Shown: in pieces, positions 56,649 through 64,000 of the stretch | How positions within the stretch are numbered: position 1 is the stretch's first letter | How the letters are laid out: every line of letters begins with the position of its first letter | From: Bacteriovoracia bacterium | GTDB lineage: Bacteria; Bdellovibrionota; UBA1018; JBFWNL01 | Length of the DNA stretch: 64,000 nt | Direction: 5' to 3' | NCBI GenBank assembly: GCA_050251055.1 | Contig: JBFWNL010000009.1 | Coordinates: 75,344-139,343 of the forward strand | Notes under the pieces: model-generated | The model's input: the letters and a program-made list of their open reading frames with translations, nothing else | Told to the model about the DNA's origin: nothing | The model's database searches: none | Made by a program: the position numbers and the translations under genes

Positions 56649-58971
56649 GCCGCGCGCCTCCCGCGTTTTCCAATCCCTTCATTAAATCCTCCGGCAGCAA
56701 TGGAATATGATTGGCCGCCGTCCCCTGCGCGCTCCCCAGCGCGGCGTAAACGGCGTTGCCGATCGCGGGCGCGGGCCCATCCATCGGCAGCTCGCCAATC
56801 CCCTTGGCCCCACCCGGGCCGAACGGCGAAGGAAGCTCGGCAAAGTGCACGCGAATCGGTGGCAAGTCCATGGACGTGGGCATGATGTAATTCGTCATCT
56901 TATTGTTTGCCATCCGTCCATCTTTCCAAACGACCTTTTCGTAGATCGCGTACCCGATGCCTTGGGCGACCCCGCCTTCGATCTGGCCCGCGGCCAACAC
57001 GGGGTGGATGACTTTGCCCACTTCCTGCGAAGCCACGAAATCCTGGAGGCGGATTTCGTAAGTGCGCGTGTCGATCGCCACGTCGGCCACGTACACGCCC
57101 CACGCGTATGTCGCATAGGCCTCGCCTTGGTACTTCTGATCGTCCCAGAACACGCCCGCCGGCTGCTTGTATTGGGCTTCGGCGCGAAGCGCCCCGCGCG
57201 ACTTTACGAAGCGAGACACCGCCTGTTTGAATTTCGTACGGCTGAACTTCTCGGGCAGCGCTTTTTCGGCGATCAGCCGATCGCGTAAATTCAAAGCCGC
57301 CGTCTCGACGAGCTTTCCCACGACCATGGCCGTACGCGAAGCCACCGTCGGGCCGCTATTGGGCACGAACTTCGTATCCGGCTGGGCGACCTCGACATCC
57401 TCGAACGCGAGCCCCAACACGCGCGCGACGATCTGTGAAAAAATCGTCTTCGTACCTTGGCCGATTTCGGTACTGCTAGCGAGCACGCGGACTTTGCCAT
57501 CCTTCGTGCCTTCCACCGCGACGACGGAAGCGAGATAACGCTCCCCCGAACCGGTAAAGCCCGCCCCATGCATAAAGGTCGCGAAACCCACTCCCCGCTT
57601 GATGGGCGAGCGCGGGTTTTCACGCGCATAGCGCTTCTGCTTTTCGTGGTACCCAGCGAGCTTGAGCGCGCCGTCCAAGAGCTTGTCGAGCTGAATCGGC
57701 TCGCGAATGACCTGGCCCGTGGCCGTCGTCATGCCTTCCTTTAGAAAATTCTTCTTTCGTAGCTCCACCGGACTCATCCCGAGCTTGGCGGCCACGTGAT
57801 CCAGGTGCCGCTCCATCGCGAAGATGCTTTGGGGCGCGCCGAATCCACGAAACGCCCCGTGCGGAGGCGTGTTCGTCGCGAGCGCGCGGCTGCTCACCCG
57901 CACATTTGGGCAGGCATATGGCCCCGGCGCGTGGATCGTGCCACGCGAAAGCACCACCGGAGAAAGTGTGAGATAAGCCCCGCCATCTAAGTCAAACTGG
58001 ATGTCGATCGCCTGTAATTTTCCGTCCGGGGTCACGGCGGTGCGGATCTTCGAGCGCGACGGGTGCCGCTTGGTCGTGGCCACCATGTCTTCCGAGCGGT
58101 CGTAAATCATCTTTACGGGACGTCCGGACTTCCAAGCCAGTAAGGCCGCGTGTCCGGCCAGCATGGAAGGATACTCTTCCTTGCCGCCGAAACCACCGCC
58201 GGTCTCGGCCTGAATCACGCGAAGTTTTTCTTCGGGAAGCGGAAAGAGCTCTTTTAGCGCTTTGTGTACATAGTACGGGCATTGCAGGGAGCCCCATACG
58301 CACACCCCGTCTTCCGGGTTGGCGGTCGCGATCACGCCATTGTTTTCGATGTAAAGCTGCTCCTGCGCGCCCGTGGAATACTCGCCTTCCAGCACCACGA
58401 GACCATCCGCCTTTTTCCACACGGAATCGACGTCACCTTTTTCAATCAGGAAGGACTTGAACAGATTGTCTTGGCCCCAGATCACGGCCGCGGGATCCCC
58501 ACCCGACCTTCCCGTGCCGGCGAGGTATCCCTTGATCGCTCGATCCAGGTCCAATACGGCGGGTTCGGGCGCGTACTCGATACGGACGTGCTGCCGTGCG
58601 CGCTCGGCGAGGTATTTATCAGGATGGGCGAGCAGTACTACCGGCTCTTCGCAATGGCTGGTAAAGCCATCGGCTAAGTAAGGCTGGTCCATTTGAATCA
58701 AAGCGACGTGATTTTTGCCGGGAACGTCCTTTGCCGTGACGATGGTGAATTCCGACCAAGGAATGTCGCCCTCGTAATGGATTCGGAGAATTTTTCCGCG
58801 CGGGATGGAGCTGCGCACGGTCACGCCGTGGAGCATACCCGCCAAGTGCATATCGTCGATGTACACGGCCGCGCCCGTGACCTTCTCGGGTCCTTCTTTG
58901 CGCTTCACCGCGTAATTGAACGACGCGCCCGCCTTAACCGTCGGCTTGGACTTCGCTTTGGCCATGGACAT
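56641..58971 (-). CDS. Xanthine dehydrogenase family molybdopterin-binding subunit
   Basis: KVTG.A.Y.DD, GGGFGGKE, AFRGFGAPQ, EIGQG, PTVASR, GQIEGG..QG, AKGIGE. Confidence 0.95.
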   Translation of the reverse strand: MSMAKAKSKPTVKAGASFNYAVKRKEGPEKVTGAAVYIDDMHLAGMLHGVTVRSSIPRGKILRIHYEGDIPWSEFTIVTAKDVPGKNHVALIQMDQPYLADGFTSHCEEPVVLLAHPDKYLAERARQHVRIEYAPEPAVLDLDRAIKGYLAGTGRSGGDPAAVIWGQDNLFKSFLIEKGDVDSVWKKADGLVVLEGEYSTGAQEQLYIENNGVIATANPEDGVCVWGSLQCPYYVHKALKELFPLPEEKLRVIQAETGGGFGGKEEYPSMLAGHAALLAWKSGRPVKMIYDRSEDMVATTKRHPSRSKIRTAVTPDGKLQAIDIQFDLDGGAYLTLSPVVLSRGTIHAPGPYACPNVRVSSRALATNTPPHGAFRGFGAPQSIFAMERHLDHVAAKLGMSPVELRKKNFLKEGMTTATGQVIREPIQLDKLLDGALKLAGYHEKQKRYARENPRSPIKRGVGFATFMHGAGFTGSGERYLASVVAVEGTKDGKVRVLASSTEIGQGTKTIFSQIVARVLGLAFEDVEVAQPDTKFVPNSGPTVASRTAMVVGKLVETAALNLRDRLIAEKALPEKFSRTKFKQAVSRFVKSRGALRAEAQYKQPAGVFWDDQKYQGEAYATYAWGVYVADVAIDTRTYEIRLQDFVASQEVGKVIHPVLAAGQIEGGVAQGIGYAIYEKVVWKDGRMANNKMTNYIMPTSMDLPPIRVHFAELPSPFGPGGAKGIGELPMDGPAPAIGNAVYAALGSAQGTAANHIPLLPEDLMKGLENAGGARHG

Positions 58972-59073
58972 TCAGGCTTATCCCAGAGCCCCGCCCAAGA
59001 AAAGCGGGAAGGCGCCCCACTCGCTATGCCAAACAGGGGTTGATTCGGCGCGGGGTTCCGGTAGCGTAGCTGC

Positions 59074-59685
59074 ATGGCCACCTCCCCGATCACCATTGAA
59101 TACGAGGACTTCTCGGCTTCCATGCGAAGCTGGCGGGTGAGCTCGGTGGATCAGACCGGGGGAGCGGACCACATCGTTCAGCTCCACGCCATGCCCGTCA
59201 CCGGGATGAACCCTCAAGTCGAGCTGGACGGCGAAACCGTGGCCGTCAAGTGGGAGCCGGTGCAAGGGGTACCCGTCGAGAAAGTCGAGTGCGCCCGCCT
59301 CGAGGTCGATGGGCAAGCGATCTATTGTTATGCCTGCACCGCACTCAGCGGTTATCTGATTTTCGGCACCCGCCACTATCATCTTTCCACCGAGGCCGGC
59401 AAAAGCGACTGGAAAGTCCGCGAAGACCCGGGCCACGTCTGGGCTTACCGCCGACTACTGAACTTCGTCGCCGTGGTGGTCGCCGCCACCGGATTGCTCA
59501 ACTTCCTGCCTCATCGCAGCACGGCGGTCGTCACGCCCTCCACGAAGGACCAAGTCATGCTGGGCGCCCTGACCCTGGGCGCGCTCGCGCTGCTCTATCA
59601 TCATTACAAGCAGTGGCGCGAGGCTCAGCGCGAAGGCATCGGCTGGAAACGGTGGCTGGCCCGACGGGCGGCCGCACGAAAGTAA
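59074..59685 (+). CDS. Hypothetical membrane protein
   Basis: Soluble N-terminal region plus two C-terminal TM helices. Confidence 0.6.
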   Translation: MATSPITIEYEDFSASMRSWRVSSVDQTGGADHIVQLHAMPVTGMNPQVELDGETVAVKWEPVQGVPVEKVECARLEVDGQAIYCYACTALSGYLIFGTRHYHLSTEAGKSDWKVREDPGHVWAYRRLLNFVAVVVAATGLLNFLPHRSTAVVTPSTKDQVMLGALTLGALALLYHHYKQWREAQREGIGWKRWLARRAAARK

Positions 59686-59707
59686 AAGCGCCCGAACCCA
59701 GATCCCG

Positions 59708-60997
59708 CTACCGCGAATATTCGATCGCGAGCAGCAGCATCGAAAGCGCGGCAATGCCCCACATCACCGAATGCACTTCCTTACGCCGCCCCGCGAGGGC
59801 GTAGAGCGCGACGTGCGAAATAAACCCCCAGAGAATCCCCTGGGTGATGCTGAACGTGAGCGGGATGAGGATCACGGTTAGGAATGCCGGCACCGCGTCT
59901 TCAAGCTTCTGTAACTTCAAATCCGCGACACTGCGGAACATCAGCGCGCCCACGAGCACCAGCACCGGCGCGGTGGCATAAGCCGGCACCATTTGGACGA
60001 TCGGCCCGATGAAAAAACAGGGCAAGAAGCAAAGCGCCGTCACGACCGCCGTGCGACCCGTGCGGCCGCCGACTTCGGTCCCGGCCGAGCTTTCGATATA
60101 GGCCGTTCCAGAAGAAGTACCCGCGATGCCCGCGCCTAAAGTAGCGAAGGCGTCAACGACCAGGCCCTCTTTTAAATTCTTGGGATCGCCTTTTTCGTCG
60201 AGCAACCCCGAAGCTTGCGAAACGCCGATGAAAGTGGATATCGAATCGAAGAGATCCGTGAACAAAATCACGATGATCGTGGGCACGAGCACCCACTGGA
60301 GCGCACCGAGCGCGTCGAATTTGAAAAAGACGCTCGAAAAATCGGGCGCACTCACGAGCTGTTCCGGAGGCTTCACGTAACCCAAGATCAACGAGACGAC
60401 GGTAACCCCCACCATTCCCGCCAGGAACGCGAAGGGACTTTTCCTGCGCAAGAGCACGATCATCACGCCGAAGCTTAAGATCATGAAGGCCGTGCGATGG
60501 TCCCAGGGTCCCAGTTTCACGAAGGTCACCGGATCCGCGACAATGAAGCCGCCACTCTTAAGCCCAATAAAAGTCAGAAAGAGCCCGATCCCCGCCGCGC
60601 AGGCATGGCGCAGCCCGTGCGGAATGGCGCGCGCGATGGTCACACGCACCGGTGTGACCGAAATCAGCAGGAACAAAATCCCGGCCCAGAAAACCATGCC
60701 AAGGGCGATCGGCCACGGGACCTGCTGCCCCAAGATCACCGTGAAGGTGAAGTAGGCGTTGATCCCCATGCCCGGGGCAACCGCGAACGGAAGATCCGCG
60801 TACAGCCCCATCATGAGCGTCATCAGAAAACAAATCAGCACCGTCGCGGTCATCACCCCCGAGAACGGCATGCCGGTACCGGCCGTGGAAAGAATCCCGG
60901 GGTTCACGACCACAATGTAAGACATGGTTAAAAAAGTAGTGATGCCGGCCACCACTTCGGTCTTCAAGCTAGGCGCGCCCGCGCGAGATTTTGCCAT
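59708..60997 (-). CDS. NCS2/AzgA family purine permease
   Basis: E..AG.TTFLTMSYI.VNP, APGMG.NAYF, DLFDS..T, YIES.AG...GGRTG, IPLTFSI..G. Confidence 0.93.
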   Translation of the reverse strand: MAKSRAGAPSLKTEVVAGITTFLTMSYIVVVNPGILSTAGTGMPFSGVMTATVLICFLMTLMMGLYADLPFAVAPGMGINAYFTFTVILGQQVPWPIALGMVFWAGILFLLISVTPVRVTIARAIPHGLRHACAAGIGLFLTFIGLKSGGFIVADPVTFVKLGPWDHRTAFMILSFGVMIVLLRRKSPFAFLAGMVGVTVVSLILGYVKPPEQLVSAPDFSSVFFKFDALGALQWVLVPTIIVILFTDLFDSISTFIGVSQASGLLDEKGDPKNLKEGLVVDAFATLGAGIAGTSSGTAYIESSAGTEVGGRTGRTAVVTALCFLPCFFIGPIVQMVPAYATAPVLVLVGALMFRSVADLKLQKLEDAVPAFLTVILIPLTFSITQGILWGFISHVALYALAGRRKEVHSVMWGIAALSMLLLAIEYSR

Positions 60998-61210
60998 CTA
61001 TTTCTCCCCTTGCCTCTCAGGATACTGGAGGCAAGAAGCGAACTCAATCGCTCAGACTTACATAGCTTTGCGATTTGCCCACCCATATAAAGTCACCGAT
61101 TTGACGAAACCCCGCTCTAGATCAGTAAAACGGGAAATTACGCACCCCACCTAGGCCAATCGCGACCCGCCTCTCAGTTTTTCCTCCCCTTTACCGATAG
61201 TTAGCAGTAG

Positions 61211-61891
61211 ATGGTATACTCAAATCACCGCATGAAGCAGCGAAGCATGATCACCCTCAGCGTTCTCACCGTTTTCAGCCTAGGTTACTCACCGGTAGCC
61301 TCCGCCGAAGCGGTGCAAGCCACGCCCAAGCAGTACGACTGCGCGGAGGCGAAGTGGACTCACGACCCTTCACTCGAGGACGGGATTTTCATCAGCTCGC
61401 TTGGCGCCGACTGCACGATCGAAAAATCGCCCGAAGCCAAGCCGACCATCACGAACCTCGTCACTTATATTCGCGAATTGATCCAAACCACCCGCACGGT
61501 CCACGACGCGCCGACGGAGGAAGTCGTCAACGGCATGCAATCGCTGAAGTTCGACACCACGTCGATCGTGAAGGATGACGGCTCGCCGATCGAAATCCGT
61601 GAAGTGGTCACCCTTTCCTGGAACGCCCAGGGCCTGACTTACTCCACGACCTCGAAGGACGTGAAAGCCTCGGGCATGGCGGGTTACCTGAAGAAGGTCG
61701 ATTTCCTGGCCGAAGTCCGCGCCGCCGCCGAGATCGGCAAGTTCAAGGTGCGCATGACCAACGCCGTGACCGTCGAGCGTCCTTGGTACGCTTTCGCGCC
61801 GATCTTCTTTGCCATCGCCAAGGGCGTGGCCCGCGATAAGTTCGATATCGCTCGGGACAAGATCCTGCCCGACCTCGTCAGCCACCTGTAA
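61211..61891 (+). CDS. Secreted hypothetical protein
   Basis: Signal peptide ...PVASA; RPWYA motif; no recognised family. Confidence 0.7.
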   Translation: MVYSNHRMKQRSMITLSVLTVFSLGYSPVASAEAVQATPKQYDCAEAKWTHDPSLEDGIFISSLGADCTIEKSPEAKPTITNLVTYIRELIQTTRTVHDAPTEEVVNGMQSLKFDTTSIVKDDGSPIEIREVVTLSWNAQGLTYSTTSKDVKASGMAGYLKKVDFLAEVRAAAEIGKFKVRMTNAVTVERPWYAFAPIFFAIAKGVARDKFDIARDKILPDLVSHL

Positions 61892-61955
61892 AAGCCTCGT
61901 TTTTCCCCCGAAATCCTATTGCCGTCTTCTTAGCAGCGGCGTTAGACTGTTCGCC

Positions 61956-63833
61956 ATGTCCGAACTTTTAGGCAATCAAGGCAAGAATAAGAGCGAAATC
62001 GAATCTTTGGAAGTGGCGGAGGAATCGCGCGAGACGGAGTGGCAATCGCCTAGCTTCGTGGCCGATCTCTTCATGGGCAAGGTGCAAACCGACGCCTTCC
62101 TCCCCTACCCATTGCAAGAACCGGAAGACAAGAAAATCGGCGACGAATTCTTGCGGAAGTTCGATGCCTATCTCAGTAAAAACCTCGACGGAGACCAGGT
62201 CGATCGCGAAGGCAAGATTCCGGACGAAGTCATGAAGGGGCTAGCCGAGCTGGGCGCCTTTGGCTTCAAGATCCCGAAAGAATATGGCGGCCTGGGTTTT
62301 TCCCAAACGAATTACAACCGTGCGCTCGCCACGGTGGGCGGTTACTGCGGATCGACGGCGGCGACTCTCTCCGCCCACCAAAGCATCGGCGTGCCCCAAC
62401 CGCTGAAGCTCTTCGGCACGCCTGAGCAAAAGAAAAAATATCTGCCCCGGTTCGCCAAGGGCGCCGTATCCGCGTTCGCCCTCACCGAACCCGAAGTGGG
62501 TTCCGACCCGGCGAAGATGTCGACGACGGCCACCCCGACCGAAGACGGCAATCACTACATTATCAACGGACAAAAACTTTGGTGCACCAACAGCGTCATC
62601 GCCGACGTGATCGTCGTCATGGCCCAGACGCCGCCCAAGATCGTCGATGGCCCCAAGGGCAAGCGCGAGAAGAAGCAAATCACGGCTTTCATCGTCGAGA
62701 CCAATACTCCCGGCTTCGAAGTCCTGCACCGCTGCCGCTTCATGGGCCTCTCCGGCATCCAGAACGGGCTTATCCAATTCAAAAACGTGAAGGTCCCGAA
62801 GGAAAACATCATCTGGGGCTTGGGCAAGGGACTGCGCCTGGCCCTTATCACCCTCAACACGGGCCGCCTGAGTTTGCCCGCCGTTTGCATCGGCGGCGCG
62901 CGCAAGGGGCTCGAAGAAGCGCGCAAGTGGGCGAACGAGCGCGTACAGTGGGGCGTGAACATCGGCAAGCATGAATCTGCCGCGGCGAAAGTCGCCCAGG
63001 TAAGCGCCGACACCTTCGCGATGGAAGCCATCACCTGGGCCGCGGCCGCCTGGGCCGACAACGGAAAGCGCGACATCCGACTGGAAGCCGCGATGGCGAA
63101 GATTTTCTGCAGCGTCCGCTCCGACCTGCTCGTCGATGAAGTCATCCAACTCAAGGGGGGGCGCGGTTACGAAAATCAATCCTCGCTGCAGGCGCGCGGC
63201 GAGCGGCCGGTTCCGCTCGAGCGCATGTACCGCGACTCGCGCATCAACCAGATCGTGGAAGGCACTTCCGAAATCCTGAGCCTCTTCATCGCGCGCGAGG
63301 CGCTCGACAAGCATCTGCGCATCGCGGGCGACGTACTCAATCCCACGCTGCCGTTCGGGCGCCGGGCCGCTGCGTTCCTACGCTCCGCCGCCTTCTATTC
63401 CTGGTGGTATCCAGCCCAGTGGATCAGCCTCGCGATTTGGCCTCGGTTCGCGGGCCTGGGTAAGCTCGGTTGCCACATGCGCTTCGTGGCCTGCGCTTCG
63501 AAAAAACTTGCGCGTACGACGTTCCACCAGATGGTCTTGAACGGCCCCAAGCTCGAGCGCCGACAGATGCAGCTCATTCGCTTAGTGGAAATCGCGACCG
63601 ACCTCTTCGCCATGGCCGCCGTCATCGGACGCGCCCACACGAAGCAGTCGGCGGACGCGAAAACCTACGGAAACGTCGACGATGTCGCCGACTACTTCTG
63701 CCGGATGGCCCGGGTACGGATCCGCCAGAACTTCCGCGCCGTGCGCTGCAACCCGGACAAGCAGATGCGTCGCTTGGCCGACCAGGTGCTCAAGGGCCAA
63801 AGCGTGTGGCAGGAAAATCATCTCGAGATCTAA
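61956..63833 (+). CDS. Acyl-CoA dehydrogenase (long, ACAD9/VLCAD-like)
   Basis: ATG 61956; AHQSIGV, AFALTEPEVGSD, INGQKLW.TN, LNTGR, GGRGY, RDSRIN.I.EG. Confidence 0.93.
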   Translation: MSELLGNQGKNKSEIESLEVAEESRETEWQSPSFVADLFMGKVQTDAFLPYPLQEPEDKKIGDEFLRKFDAYLSKNLDGDQVDREGKIPDEVMKGLAELGAFGFKIPKEYGGLGFSQTNYNRALATVGGYCGSTAATLSAHQSIGVPQPLKLFGTPEQKKKYLPRFAKGAVSAFALTEPEVGSDPAKMSTTATPTEDGNHYIINGQKLWCTNSVIADVIVVMAQTPPKIVDGPKGKREKKQITAFIVETNTPGFEVLHRCRFMGLSGIQNGLIQFKNVKVPKENIIWGLGKGLRLALITLNTGRLSLPAVCIGGARKGLEEARKWANERVQWGVNIGKHESAAAKVAQVSADTFAMEAITWAAAAWADNGKRDIRLEAAMAKIFCSVRSDLLVDEVIQLKGGRGYENQSSLQARGERPVPLERMYRDSRINQIVEGTSEILSLFIAREALDKHLRIAGDVLNPTLPFGRRAAAFLRSAAFYSWWYPAQWISLAIWPRFAGLGKLGCHMRFVACASKKLARTTFHQMVLNGPKLERRQMQLIRLVEIATDLFAMAAVIGRAHTKQSADAKTYGNVDDVADYFCRMARVRIRQNFRAVRCNPDKQMRRLADQVLKGQSVWQENHLEI

Positions 63834-63865
63834 GCCAAGGAAAGTCGGGCGACTCACTATTCCCG

Positions 63866-63887
63866 CGGCGCCAAACGTTTGGCGCCG
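63866..63887. terminator. Perfect 22-bp palindrome downstream of the acyl-CoA dehydrogenase gene
   Basis: CGGCGCCAAAC|GTTTGGCGCCG; no U-tract, so the terminator role is uncertain. Confidence 0.4.
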
Positions 63888-64000
63888 TACGCATGAAACA
63901 CACCTTTTGCTCACGCTTCCCCCGCGTTGTTCCCGATAAGGAAACGTGGAGTTTCATAACATCGGACAGCGCATCACGCCGATTTTCATCGTTAGCTTAA

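Noticed and set aside
60998-61210. Purine or xanthine riboswitch before the NCS2 permease
   Set aside because: Conserved core nucleotides of the purine and NMT1 aptamers were not found by eye.
63850-63860. CGACTCACTAT, part of the T7 promoter
   Set aside because: Only 11 nt match, flanks do not match, and there is no other vector sequence; coincidence.

Overview
A GC-rich bacterial chromosomal segment with no phage, transposase or CRISPR array visible. Gene content (TIGR02147-like regulator, DUF1552/DUF1592-type haem clusters, many orphan secreted lipoproteins) suggests a Bdellovibrionota/Oligoflexia-like organism; this is inference. Housekeeping anchors are rpsP, a TldD/PmbA pair, tRNA-Val(GAC), lipB, dnaE, guaA/guaB, miaB, kup, a xanthine-dehydrogenase-type operon with an NCS2 permease, and an acyl-CoA dehydrogenase. 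The accessory region (about 2.5-37 kb) holds the most interesting items. (1) A near-consensus sigma70 promoter, divergent from a TIGR02147-like gene, drives an apparently non-coding ~230-nt RNA with a clean four-way junction whose G-U pairs all favour the + strand. (2) An AT-rich-flanked module of STAND-type regulator, FeeM/LuxI-like GNAT, haem-oxygenase-like diiron enzyme and sensor adenylate cyclase looks like a small-molecule signalling system. (3) A four-gene c-type haem/Tat cluster lies behind a sigma54 promoter. (4) Twin Fur-like boxes flank an Ig-repeat DUF1592/DUF1552 pair. (5) A 55-bp inverted repeat captures the tRNA CCA end. (6) A secreted trypsin-like protease carries a GGSLGDG x3 repeat conserved at protein but not DNA level. 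All family calls come from motif recognition by eye; no database searches or folding programs were run.
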